64,000 nucleotides of DNA from Octopus vulgaris (lineage: Eukaryota). The notes under the pieces were generated by a model. That model made no database searches, had not been told where the DNA came from, and was given only the letters and a program-made list of their open reading frames with translations. Positions 25,573-38,713 of the stretch are shown here, one piece after another. The translations under genes were made by a program, and so were the position numbers. Numbering within the stretch: the stretch's first letter is position 1; every line of letters begins with the position of its first letter. The DNA lies in contig OX597835.1 of NCBI GenBank assembly GCA_951406725.2, forward strand, positions 41,168,001 through 41,232,000, read 5' to 3'.

Positions 25573-25980
25573 GTGCAGGAGTGGCTGTGTGGTAAGTAGC
25601 TTGCTTACCAATCACATGGTTCCGGGTTCAGTTCCACTGCGTGACACCTTGGGCAAGTGACTTCTACTATAGCCTCGGGCCGACCAAAGCCTTGTGAGTG
25701 GATTTGGTAGACGGAAACTGAAAGAAGTCTGTTGTATATATGTATATATATGTGTGTGTGTGTGTGTGTATGTTGTATATCTGTGTTTGTCCCTCCAAAA
25801 TCACTTGACAACCGATGCTGGTGTGTTTAGGTCCCTGTAACTTAGCGGTTCAGCAAAAGAGACCAATAGAATAAGTACTAGGCTTACAAAGAATAAGTTT
25901 TGGGGTTGATTTGATTCGAGTAAAGGCGGTGCTCCAGCATGGCCGTAGTCACATGACTGAAACAAGTAAAAGTATAAAAG
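25573..25980 (+). mobile_element. SINE family A, full length
   Basis: Head, internal microsatellite and tail. Confidence 0.88.
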
Positions 25981-26269
25981 AAAGAAAAAGAATATATATA
26001 TATATGTTTCAAATACTTACAAAAAAAAATAGGAAGAAGTAAAAGAACAACATCAGGGTGCATTAGTTTGACACTCAAGAAAAATAGGGGTCTTCGGCAT
26101 TTCATGCCGACACTCTTCTACAGAAAGAATTGAGGAGAGAAAACAGATGGAGGGAAAAAAGCGTCTGAATTAAATGTCCATTCATTTACATCTGTTTCAT
26201 AATGGTGTTAGTTATATAATAGATCTAATATAAGCATTACCATGCATATAATGTGTACATATAAATACA

Positions 26270-26398
26270 CAGGGTGGTTCAAGAGTTACAGAGAGGACTA
26301 AAAGTTTAATAAATTTGTTTTAATTACACTTTTTAATTGTAATTCACAAATATATTCACCTTTGTGACTTTTGGGTCACCTGTGACTGTTAGGCCACC

Positions 26399-26401
<3 letters not shown>
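26270..26401. mobile_element. Small Tc1/mariner-type MITE
   Basis: CAGGGTGGTTCAAGAGTTACAG vs CTGTGACTGTTAGGCCACCATG imperfect TIRs; TA on the right flank. Confidence 0.5.
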
Positions 26402-26440
<39 letters not shown>

Positions 26441-26444
<4 letters not shown>

Positions 26445-26860
26445 TCACCATCATCATCGTTTAATGCCCGCTTTCCATGCTAGCATGAGTTGGACGATTT
26501 GACTGAGGGCTGGCGAACCAGATGGCTGCACCAGGCTCCAGTCTGATCTGGCAGAGTTTCTACAGCTGGATGCTCTTCCTAATGCCAACCACTCTGAGAG
26601 TGTAGTGGGTGCTTTTAAAGTGCCACCGGCATGAGGGCCAGTCAGGTGGTACTGGCAATGACCTTGCTCAAATGTTTTTTTCACATGCCACCAGCATAAG
26701 TGCCAGTAAGGTGACGCTGGTAACAACCATGCTCGAATGGTGCATTTTACGTGCCACCGGCATGGAAGCCAGTTTAGCTGCTCTGGCAACGATCACGCTC
26801 AGATAGTGCTCTAAGTGCTCCACTAGCATGGATGCCAGTCATCGAATTTGATTTCGATTT
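26441..26860 (-). mobile_element. RTE LINE 3' UTR fragment
   Basis: Same terminal motifs as the 22033 copy. Confidence 0.8.
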
Positions 26861-27004
26861 ATATATATATGTTCATGTATACTCATATCTACAAAGATAC
26901 ATATGTGTGTATATATATAAGAATAGGTATGAGTGTGTGGTAAGAAGTTTGCATCCCAGCTACATTTACACATCGATATATATGTATGCATGTGTGTATC
27001 ACGA

Positions 27005-27410
27005 TTCTTGTCATCGTCATCATTGTTGTTGTCATCATCATCATCACCACCATCATCATCATCATCGTCATCATCATCGTCATCATCATCGTCGTCATCA
27101 TCATCATCGCCATCATTGTTGTTGTCATCATCATCATCATCGTGGTCGTCGTCATCATCATCGTCATCATCATCATCATTGTCATCCTCATCATCCTCGT
27201 CTTCGTCGATGTCATCATCGTTGTCGTCATTGTTGTCATCATTGTCATCTTCATCATCATCGTCATCGTCGTCATCTTCATTATCATCAACATTATTGTT
27301 GTTGTCGTCATCGTCATCACCGTTGTCGTTGTCCTCCTCCTCCTCCTCCTCATCATTATCGTCACCATTGTTATTGCCATTGCTGTCGTCATCATTGTCA
27401 TCATAATCCT
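27005..27410. repeat. Degenerate (CAT/CGT)n tract
   Basis: Direct inspection. Confidence 0.9.
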
Positions 27411-28168
27411 ACCTCCATAGAGGTGCGTATAGTTTATGCATCACATATACACCCGTCTGTTTATATATTTCCATAGCCATGGGACGTATGTCAGCGTTTG
27501 TGTGTGTAAGTCCACCTCCCTTACATCAACGTCTATTCAAATGTTTCATCAATGAAACTAATTTGAAATCATGAATGAAAGTGTTAATGGGAGAATGGAA
27601 GTGTGTGAGTGTGTGTGTGTGTGTGTGTGTGAGTGTGTGTGTGTGTATGTGTGTGTGTGTGTTTGTGTGTGTGTAATTCTGCATTAAGTCTATATGTGCA
27701 TGATGTATGTGTGAGTATATCTAATTATGTGTTTGTGTGTGATGATAGAGGAAGTGGATGAAAATTGTGCGTATGCATGTGCGTGCGTGTGTGTGTGTGT
27801 GTGTGAGTGTGTGAGCATTTCTGTGTGTGTCTCTTTGTATGTGTGTATCTCTCCTAACGCAAACAAATACATACTCACGAATGTATACACGCAGTCACCA
27901 GTGTATATGAAATATCTCACAAATAAAACTAATTTGGTGAACATTCGGAAGAGGTTTGTTAATGCATCAATTATATTTATATAATATGTGTGTGTGTGTG
28001 TGTGTCTGTGTGTGTGTGTGTGTGTACACTCATTATGCACATTATCATAAACAACAGCAGCGTGCTGTGAGAGTATAATAAGTGCAAATAGATGCATTCA
28101 TTGAAAAATATAAACCTACAAAAAAAAAATACAGGAAGATGTCTTGCAAACTGGTTATTAAATAAAGC

Positions 28169-28870
28169 TCAATATCCTTCTAGCCATCGCTCATCGTCTC
28201 TTTTTAACCAAACCCAGTGGCTAACCTTCTCCACTGTAGATTGGATATCGGTCATGGTGGTATTGACTTTACGGTGAGTTAGGCCTAACGATAACAACAG
28301 TCGTCTCACACTGTGTCCAACGAACCCTCTACATCCGACTTTGATTGGAAAATGTTCCGCTTTCCAGCCTGCATCTTCACATTCCTTGAGGAGGTTTACA
28401 TAACGGTCAAACTTTTGAGTCCAAGTAGTGTCCATGTTATCTTCTTTTACTTGTTTCAGCCATTTTGACTGCGGCCATGCTGAAGCACCGCCTAGACTAG
28501 ATATACAACTTTCCTTCTTTCACACCACATAAAAATGTCTGTTTTTTTTCATAACTCAGGTGGGAAAGAATCCCTGGCACCCAGGTAAATCTGCAGTCAC
28601 CTCCCAATAGCCATTCCACTTTTCATCTCTCACAGGAAGTTTCTTGATCTTCTTGAAACGGATCCGCTGACCTGATCGCACAAAGGTAATGAAATCTCTA
28701 GATGGTACTTTTAACAGTTTTTTTCTCAGTGTTGTTGAGATGAATTTGGTTCTTTATAGCATTGAAGATAACCTTAAGGACCAAGTTGTGTCTCCATGTA
28801 TACCTGTTCATTGCTAATAAAGAGCTGGAAAGAATATGTTTCAGTGTTCCGACCTTTCTAAAGTTTACTT
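28169..28870 (-). pseudogene. HERO/NeSL-like RLE non-LTR retrotransposon remnant (SINE A fragment inserted at ~28445-28490)
   Basis: GTLKHILS...RYTWRHNLVL (28770-28850) and KFDRY..L..EC...GW....PIKVGCRGF...SHWVWLKR. Confidence 0.7.
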
Positions 28871-29607
28871 ATTTCTCATCACTGCTTAGTGCTGCTACTA
28901 CCAGATTTGTTCTGATTGGGCTGTCTGAAAGTGCAAGTCAGTCACTAATATTGCCTTCTACTATAGGTACAAGGCTTGAAATTTTAGGGTAGAGGGCTAG
29001 CCAATTACATCGCCCCCGCTATCCCAACCCCATGCTTATTTTATTGCTGATGCTTAATTTTTTGACCCTAAAAGGATGAAAAGCAATGACGAGATTGACA
29101 GAATTTGAACTCAGAATGTAAGGACGTATGAAATACCACTAGTCATTTTGTCCAGAATGCTATAATGATTCTTCTCAATTGTTACCATAAATCAGTCACC
29201 AATACTGATTTCAAAATTTGGCACAAGGCCAGCAATTTTGTGGGAGGGGGTAAGTTGTTTACGCTGACCCCAGTGCTAGACTTGCACTTATCTTATCAAC
29301 CCTAAAATGATGAAGTCAGTCACTAATATTGACTGTTCCATTTTAAAGCTGAAGCTTTCTAATGTGTCCAAGGTTATCTCTCTTTGGTATTTCCTGCTGA
29401 GGAAGACATAATGAGCCAGAAATAATTCTTGGAGCCCACTGCACTGATAATGGGGGTATTTACACCATTTACCATGAATAGGAATTTATTCCCCCATGGT
29501 AAACTGCTGTGAAATTGCATATATATATATATGTGTACATGTATGTATATATATATATATATATATGTATAAGGGTGAAAAGGAACACATGAGTTGATAT
29601 ATATGAA

Positions 29608-29814
29608 AAAACAAGTCAAATTAGAAAATGCTAAAATAATTTTATAAAGAACATTTCAGTTTTATAAAGAACATTTTATAAAGAACATTTTCTTTTAATT
29701 TTTCCAAATTTAATTATTTAATCGTTACAGTTGAAAAGGTCTCAAAATGACCGAAACCGGTACTGAAATGTTCTTTATAAAATTATTTTAGCATTTTCTA
29801 TTTTGACTTGTTTT
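29608..29814 (+). mobile_element. Short Penelope-like insertion with 53-bp inverted arms
   Basis: 29608-29660 is the near-exact reverse complement of 29762-29814; homologous to 36258-36400. Confidence 0.65.
29728..29765 (+). ncRNA. Minimal type I hammerhead ribozyme-like motif, U3-A8 core variant
   Basis: cag-TTGAAAA-ggtc(tcaaaat)gacc-GAAA-ccgg-TA-ctg; palindromic ACCGGT helix III. Confidence 0.62.
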
Positions 29815-29832
29815 ATGCATACACGCACACAA

Positions 29833-29910
<78 letters not shown>

Positions 29911-30046
29911 ATATGTATGTATATGTGTGTGTGTGTGTGTGTGTGTATATGTATGTATTTGTGTGCGTGTATGCATACATACATGAACACAGTCTCATGA
30001 ATGTGTACATCATATATATATATATATGTATATATGTGTATGTATA

Positions 30047-30086
<40 letters not shown>

Positions 30087-30373
30087 TATATATATGTAAA
30101 TATGTGTATGTATATGTGTGTATATGTATATATATATATGTATAATAACCAATTCGTGAAGCTATAACCGAAGCAGTTTGTTTTTTTGTTTGTTTGTGTT
30201 TTTTGTTTAGTTGTGCATCATGGTGCATTTTAGGTCATGTAGGTGCATGTGTTCTCATGCAAAAAGCAAATACCAGTTTTTTTTCAAATTTAATGAATGG
30301 CAGCAAAATAAATTAAAAAGTATAAAAAAAAAACAACATTAAAAAGAAGAATGGAAAACAACAACAAAAACAC

Positions 30374-30420
<47 letters not shown>

Positions 30421-31634
30421 TGTTTATTGTTTTAAAGTTTTTAAAATTCAAAATCAAGTTTCGGGCTCAAGCAATCTGAATGAAGTTGCTCTCGCAAATT
30501 CTTTGTTCTGATATTATTCTGAAATGACGATAATGGTTTGTTGCAAAACAAACTGCACAAGGCCACACAGTTGGGGAGTGGGGGCGTGTGGTATGTGGAA
30601 TGGTAGTGGTGGCGGTGGTGGTGGTAGTGGTGGTGGTGGTGGTGGTGGTGGAGCTGGAGTGTTGTTAATTAAAGCAACGGTCCACTTATTTGACTTGTAC
30701 ATATTTCACTGACGCCAGAAGGGTTAAGCAGTGAAAGCCAAAATAAACCTTGGTATGTTTGGAATTCAGAACTTAGAAGGACACTATTTGATATGGCGTA
30801 GCAAGTGCCCCAGGGGTAGGGGAGCAAACTGCTATTTATGCCCCACTTTCCTTACCTTAATTATCTGGTACCAAAAAGCTGAATAAATCTTTTGCCCTTT
30901 CCCACTGGTACCCACTGGGATGAAGGCCACAACTTCTCCTTGAGTCCCCTTCAGCTCCGTTTCTGACATTGCCATACACCCCAAGACAAAGTTATTCACA
31001 AAGTTGACATCAGATGGATTTGAACTCAGAACATGGAGGAACATCACTAAAGAACCACAAAGTGTTTTCTCCAGCACTCTACCAATTCTACCATTCAACC
31101 ATTTTCCTTCTAGAAGTAAAAAATGGATTCCTCACTGGTTTCAACGAATGAATCTTCTAGATATCTGATCAACCACATTACCTAGTCAGTAAATTATCAT
31201 GTTAGTGACTGAGTATTCCTCAGGCCCATGTACCCTTAATGTAATTTTCGGGTATATTCAGCATAACATGGAATGTAACAAAGCTGGTTCTTTGAATTAT
31301 AGGTATAATCTACGCATTAAGCTTCAGTACAGTTTCCATATACCCAATTTCACTTACAAGGCTTGGCTTGACCTTTTGTCATAATAAACAACATGTCCCT
31401 TAGATGCCATGCTGTGGGACTGAACCCAGGACCGTGTGGTTGTGGAGCAAATTTCTTAACCATTCAGCCACAGTGTAATTGTTCTCTTGAAATGAGTTCA
31501 TAAAACATTCCCTTGTTTATTGACGTCCAGTCACAATTCTTAGCTTTTAACCCCCACCATGGCAGCTGGTTGTAAATAGGTACAAGACAAAGTGGAATGT
31601 CCCATCACTGCAGCAACACTCCATATGTATGGAG

Positions 31635-32140
31635 TGGTAGTGGTTGTTGATGGTGGTGGTGGTGGTGATGGTGGTGGTGGTGGTGGTGGGTGGTGGTAGT
31701 GGTGTTGAGAGCAGTGGGGATATAGGGTGGTGGTGGTGGTGGTGGCAGTGGTGTTAGTGGTGGTGGTGGTGGGTGGTAGTGGTGTTTAGAGCAGTGGTGA
31801 TATAGGGTGGTGGTGGTGGTGGTGGTGTTAGTGGTGGTGGTGGTGGTGGTGGTGGTGGTAGTGGTGAGGGGTGGGTGGTAGTGGTGTTGAGAGCAGTGGT
31901 GATATAGGGTGGTTGTGGTGGTGGTGGTGGTGGTGGTGTTGAGAATAGTGGTGATATAGGGTGGTGGTGGTGGTGGTGGTAGAGATGGTGCTGGCTGTGA
32001 AGGTGGTGGTGATGGTGGTGGTGGTGGTAGTGGTGGCAGTAGTAGTGATGATGATAGTGGTGGTGGTGGTGGTGATGATGGTGATGGAGGTGTTGATAGT
32101 TGTGGTTGTGGCAGTAGTGTCAGTGGTGGCGTTGGTGGAG
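31635..32140. repeat. (GGT)n-rich tract with repeated GAGCAGTGGTGATATAGGG landmark
   Basis: Four imperfect units between 31690 and 31980. Confidence 0.85.
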
Positions 32141-32416
32141 ATGTTACAAAAGTGATCATGGTAATATTATAAGGTTATAGAATTTTACAAAACATTATGT
32201 AGAAGGGGGTGGATAGGGCTAGACAGGGGGTACACTCATAAAATTATGTTTTCTGTGTATACAAACAGTCCTTTCATATGGCCCACCTCAAATAGTTGAA
32301 TGTCATTACACAATCCTTCTACAACAGCTTTGAAAATATGAAAATAAACCACGAAAAAAAAGACTCAGGAAATACCAGGGAAGTTGTTCTGTACACACAC
32401 ACACACAGGCACACAA

Positions 32417-32448
<32 letters not shown>

Positions 32449-32462
32449 ACATACATACACAT

Positions 32463-32725
<263 letters not shown>

Positions 32726-32847
32726 CTCTCATATACACATTTATATAAGTATATATATATATGTATATATGTATATGTATGTGTGTATATCTATGTATAG
32801 CTATCTATCTATCTACCTACCTACCTACCTATATATATATATATATA

Positions 32848-33953
32848 GGGAGAATTCACAAAAAAACAAAAGACAAAGACTGGTGGTGTAGACAACAGAT
32901 GTATTAATATAACGCTTGGGAAGTGAAAAAGTCTTTAACGTTTTGAGCCTATGCTCTTCCACAGAAAGGAACACAGAAAGAAACAAGGAGAGAAAAAAAA
33001 GAATGTGTAGTGGCTAGCGATCTATCATGATGAATGTCGGACAGAAGGGTCATACAGGAGAGCTAGAGAGAAGGGGAAATAATAAAGTAGTGGTGATCCC
33101 AAAACGAAGGTGCACATGCATGTGTATAAGAGAGTTTGTATATGCGTGTGGAAGAGGGCTGGTGATCTTGACGTGTGCGTGTGTGTATGTGTAGGTGTGA
33201 AAATGGGGTCTGGGAAGTGGTCAGTGCTGATGTGAGCATGGTGGTGTGTTGTTGTGTGGTATAGTGGTGTGGTGTGATGGCGTTGGGAGGTGGGGACGTG
33301 AGAGTGGGGACGTGAGAGTGGGGAAAACAATTGTGGTGTGTGGGTTAGGCTGAGGGTGGGAGTAGAAGTGGGGTATGTGGGTAGGTGGAGGGTGAGGGTA
33401 GAGGTGGGGTATGTGAGAGTGGATGTAAGGGATGGGGTGGGGTGAGATTGGAAAGGATAGGGAAGTGGGGTGGAGTGGGTTTATGAGGGAGGGGTGACGA
33501 TGAAGGAGAAGAGAAGAGAGAAAGGAAGTAGGAGTGAAGAGAAGAAGTAGGAGTCAGAGCAAGAGAGGAGAGATGGGTGGTAGGAAGTAGGTGTGAGGGG
33601 AGAGAGGCGAGGGGAGGAAAGTTGAGCCCATGTGGTGCAAAGAAGAAAAGTGAAGATTAATCCCTGTTCACGGTACAAACTGGAGTCCGATGGCCCCTGT
33701 GCAAGGACAATCCAAACACGGACAGGTGTTGCAAAGAGTGACCAGTAGAAGGGAAATGGTGCAAGACTGGAGTGTCGGATGTCTCAGAGGTGTTCCGTGA
33801 ACCAGGCAGCCAATTGGCATCCCATTTGCCTGATGTATAGAAAAGGTCAGAGAGCGTAGGAGATGCAGTAGATGATATTGGTAGAAGTGCAGGTGAAGGA
33901 GTTGGTGATGTGAGAGGGTCGATGATGGGTGCCGGTGAGGAGGGTGGTGTTGG
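32848..33953 (-). pseudogene. Penelope-like retroelement 3' portion: GIY-YIG endonuclease remnant plus terminal repeat with decayed hammerhead
   Basis: SFTCTSTNIIYCISYAL*PFLYIRQMG...FTEHL*DI, then REQGLIF; CTGTGGA-AGAG..CTC-AAAACGTT at 32933-32968; (TA)n on both flanks. Confidence 0.8.
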
Positions 33954-34987
33954 ATATATATATATATATATCTGTATCTATATATATATCTATATATATA
34001 GTGGTGGTGACTCTGGCACTCGGGCTGTTTGGGCTTCGCCCGAGTATAAATTTAGTAAAGTGAACATGTATTTCCAAGCTGATTTAATTTCTACCAGCAC
34101 TGACTTCAAATATGTAATTGCAGCCAATAACTTGGGCTCCTTTTATTGAGTTTGGTTGCAGTTCATTTATTGTTGTTAAGTGTTTGGTGGTGCCTTAGAA
34201 GTGCCCTGTGTCAAAAAATATTGTTCATAGCAGACATTCTCTCGACATCATTCACAAGCACTTGACTCAGTCTTAGTAGTTACAGCCCAAGTTGTTATCT
34301 ATAATCGTAAAAACTAAAAGTAATTCAAATTCAATGTTTTCTTGAAACAAAAAATTTCAACAGAGATTAGTATTTAAATTCCAATCTATGAAAAGTTTCC
34401 CTTCTACAATATTCTTAAAGGAATTAAAATTTATCCAGCAACTCAGGCTAATATGACCGAGCCTTGTAGGTGTAAAAAACTAACTGGCATCTCTTTTCAA
34501 GAGTACCGGTGACAGCCAGATTGCTGATGTTTGTCGTGCACTCCACTGTCGTTATTTGATTGCTGTTATATTGTGTGTCAAGTGTGCAAGAATCAGTTCT
34601 GCTTTGCAGGGTTGCTTTATTTTAGCCCTTAAATTAGAAATAGAGAAAGACATAGTGCTAGATATAAAAAATAAGCCATTTGGGACTAGAAATAAAGCAG
34701 AAAAATGGGAAATTCTTCAAGCAGGCATGTGCCTTATGCGAAATCTGGGATGAACCCAACTGATGCTGATGACCTGGAGTTGCCTCTGAGTCTCAGGCTC
34801 ACCAAAGTCTTGTGAGTGGATTTGATAGATGGAAACTGAAAGAAGCCCACTGTATATATATGTGTATGTATGTATGTATGTATGTATGTTTGACTAAAAC
34901 CCTTCAAGGCAGTGCTCCAGCATGGCTGCAGTCAAATGACTGAAACAAGCAAAAGAATAAAAGAATAAGAATATATATATATATATA

Positions 34988-36246
34988 CAGGGTGTCCCCC
35001 CAAAATGTATACACACTTTAGATAATTGTAAAGTAGGTGTTTATCAAAATACATTTCGTTTTCCAAATTTAATAGAATCTACAGACATTATTTTATTGTA
35101 TTGTCAACAACTGTTTTCAAATTGACGTCCATTCTGGTCCAGGCACTGTTGACAACACAAAGCAATGGAATCGCAAACGTCACGAAACAATTTGTTTGGT
35201 ATTTGCGTGCATTCTCGTTCAATGGCTGCTCTGAAATCAGCGGCTGTTGCAGGTTTCATAGCAAAGCTTTGTCTTTTTGGTATCCTCATAAAAAAGTATA
35301 GTGTGTGAGGTCTGGTGAATGCAGAGGGTATTCAACGAAACCCCTTTGTCCAATCCACCTGTTTAACAAGATCTCATCAAGGAAGGATCTAACATCACGA
35401 TGGTAGTGTGTGGGGGGTGTGCCTCATCTTGCTGAAAATAAAGCTCCTCATCTTCAAAGTCTTCTCTAATGCTTGGCATGACAGACTGTTGCAGCAAATT
35501 CAAGTAAACGGAACCAGTCAGAGTACCATTAAAAGAGAATGGTCCAATTAATCCTCTTGATGATAAGACACACCACAATGTAACTCCTTGTAAATTAACA
35601 TGGTGTTCCAACATAACACGTGGATTTTCAGATCCCCAGTAGATGCAATTGTGACTGTTAATTGAATCATTTAATTTGAATGTAGCCTCATCACTCCACA
35701 CAACTTTTGTTGGAAAGTGTGCATCTTCTACACATGGTGCCAAGTGCCACTCACAATACTGCACTCTTCAGCCTGAATTATAATCAATCGTAGGATGGGC
35801 ACATCTTGGAATGTAACCTTTTTCATTGACATCGCTTCAAAATGTGTTGGACAGACGATTTTGTAATACCTACCTCACGAGTTGTTTGCTGCATAGATTT
35901 TCTTGGATATTGGTGATACTCCTTCTTGCTTTGTTGGGGTGGTTGATGTTCGTGGTCTTCCGGAATGCTTCATGTGGACATTCTGACCAGTTCCTTTGGC
36001 TTCAAACTTATCTCTAATTTGAGTGATGGTAAGTTGTGTTGGCGGATCTGTTTGAAATTCCCTCCTAAACTGTCTTGGTACTTCAACTGTGTTATTACAA
36101 TGCCAGTAGCATTTTAGAATGAATTTCCTCTGTTCAAAGCTTAGTCTGTCTGCCATCATTAATTCCACTGAGTTTCATCCAGAAAGAAAAAACATCAATT
36201 GAGTTATCAGCTGTTAAAGTGTGTATACATTTTTGGGGATACCCTG
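34988..36246 (-). mobile_element. Full-length decayed Tc1/mariner element, DD41D (rosa/Visitor)-like
   Basis: TA-CAGGGTGTCCCCCCAAAATGTATACACACTTTA TIRs; DUF4817-like N-terminus (EQRKFILKCY...FRREF...GRPRT), WSDEATF, FQQDEA, SPDLT motifs; frameshifted. Confidence 0.88.
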
Positions 36247-36307
36247 TATATATATGGAAAAAAAAGTCAAGATAGAAAATGCTAAAATAATTTTATAAAA
36301 AAAATTT

Positions 36308-36343
36308 CAGTACCGGTTTCAGTCATTGAGACTTTTTCAACTG
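36308..36343 (-). ncRNA. Second U3-A8 hammerhead-like motif (in a Penelope-like fragment ~36258-36480)
   Basis: cag-TTGAAAA-agtc(tcaat)gact-GAAA-ccgg-TA-ctg. Confidence 0.62.
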
Positions 36344-36736
36344 TAACAATTAAATAATTAAATTTAGAAAAATTAAAAGAAAAGTATTTTTAAAAGAATA
36401 TTTGTATAGTGTTCATAGACAAGTGGCATTTTCCTTGTTTCTGCCTGTCTCTGTCTCTCTTGTTTACTCTTGTGGGTTCGATATATATATATATCAGTGA
36501 AAAATTATACTGAAATCAAAATGAAAACTACCCTCTATTCACATCATCTTGTCTAGAAATACTGCAATTATATAATAATGTTAAGAATAAGACTTAAATA
36601 TTTTGTTTTTCTTTTTTAACCAAACTTTGAATATTGACTCCATTAGTGCATTAGTGTGTTAGGAAAATAAAACACAGAGACAGTCATGGCTGTGTGATTA
36701 AGAAACTTGCTTCCCAACAACATGCTTTCAGATTCG

Positions 36737-36940
36737 TATTTCTTTACTACCCACAAGGGGCTACACATAGAGGGGACAAACAAGGACAGACAAACGGATT
36801 AAGTCGATTATATCGACCCCAGTGCGTAACTAGTACTTATTTAATCGACCCCGAAAGGATGAAAGACAAAGTCGACCTCAGCGGAATTTGAACTCAGAAC
36901 GTAGCGGCAGACGAAATACTGCTAAGCATTTCACCCGGCG
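36737..36940 (-). mobile_element. SINE family B inserted in a SINE A head (further B copies at 37246-37450, 38217-38447, 38997-39200)
   Basis: Matches 386-616; ATGCTTTCAGATT duplicated on both sides. Confidence 0.85.
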
Positions 36941-38494
36941 GTATGCTTTCAGATTTATGCTTTCAGATTCAGCCCATTGTGTGTCACCTTGGGCAAGTGT
37001 CTTCTGCTATAGCCCTGGACTAACCAAAGCCTTGTGAGTTGATTTGGCAGATGGAAGCCAAAAGAAATCTTTTGTATACATGTATATATGTATATATAAT
37101 CCACAGATGAGATCCCGAGATTCTTCATACAGACGACACTTGGTAGTGCTCAAAAGATTCAACCTTTGACTTCAGTATGTTTACAGGGGATTGATTCCAC
37201 AGGTGAAATATTGATAAGCATTTCACCTAGTGTGCTAACGTTTCTTATTTCTTTATTGCCCACAAGGGGCTGAACATAGAGGGGACAAACAAGGACAGAC
37301 AAAGTGCATAACTGGTACTTAATTTATCGACCCCAAAAGGATGAAAAGCAAAGTTGACCTCAGTGGAATTTGAACTCAGAACCTAAAGACATGCAAAATA
37401 CCGCTAAGCATTTCACCTGGTGTGCTTACGTTTCTGCCAGCTCACCACCTTGGTAGGTATTTATATTAATAGGTCCAAATTACATCTTTCTTTCGCCCCT
37501 TTAATTTTCTCCATCATTTGTACTCTGTGTAAGTTGGACTTACTAATATAAATATTTATACTTAAGAATTCATCATCCGAAAGCCTCTACCTTTTGCTTT
37601 CTCTTGGTTTACATGTATACATATATATATATATTTTGTATTTCATACCCAAACCATTATATTTAATATATTTTTAAAATATTTAATGTGTCTGATTTGT
37701 GTATCTGCATAATTGCCTCTATATATGTATATATGTATGTGAAGCTCACATGCATATATATGTGTATATATGTATGTGAAGCTCACGTGCATATATATGT
37801 GTATATGTGTCCAGGTCTTGACATCTTGCAACATTTGTAAATGAGTGTTTTCTCCACCATGCAAAGGGTATCCTTCATTTCATATCTTCTGTGAATGCAT
37901 ATCCGGTCATAGGGAAACATGACCTTGCTTGGAAACAGATGGTGGTTAGCTACAAGAAAGGTGTATCTGGTTCTTAGAAAATTGGCCTCAACAAATCCCA
38001 TCTGACTTATGCAAGCATTGGAAAAAGTGGATGTCAAATGTCAAATGGCTTATTTATTCACATTGTTTTGAATTAATCATGCGTTATCTCTTAGATTCAA
38101 GATTTCAATGATGCAATTGTTTATTTTCAGAATTGCATTGTAGGGTAGGTGTGAGAGGCCAGATCTGATCTGTCTGAATATGAAAGATGTAGAATATTTA
38201 ATATATATATATTACTTATTTCTTTATTACCCACAAGGGGCTAAATATAGAGGGGACAAACAAGGACAGACAAATGGATAAGTCGATTATATCGACCCCA
38301 GTGCGTAATTGGTACTTAATTTATCGACCCCCAAAAGTATGAAAGGCAAAGTCACCTCAGCAGAATTTGTACTCAGAACGTAATGGTAGATGAAATACCG
38401 CTAAGCATTTCACCTGGCGTGCTAACGATTCTGCCAGCTCACCACCTTATTTAATACATGTATATATTACTGACGTTCATATCATTAACATTGA

Positions 38495-38713
38495 CCCTTT
38501 AGCATGCAGATTACTCTGTCAAATGTAAAGCTTATGTATTCACATTGTTTTGAATTAATCATACGTTATCTCATAGATTCAAGATTTCAATGATGCAATT
38601 GTTTATTTTTAGAGAGATATTGTTGGGTAAGTGAGAGAGGCTGGATATGGCCAGTTTGAACATAAATCGGTAGAATATTTTGGCCAATTATGGTTGGTTT
38701 AAATGCTAACGGG
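38495..38713. mobile_element. piggyBac-type MITE (partial second copy at ~38036-38200)
   Basis: TTGA-CCCTTTAGCAT ... ATGCTAACGGG-TTAA. Confidence 0.65.

Noticed and set aside
31605-32159. Proline/threonine-rich extensin- or mucin-like ORF
   Set aside because: Derived from the (GGT)n/(ACC)n repeat; same for 52561-52969
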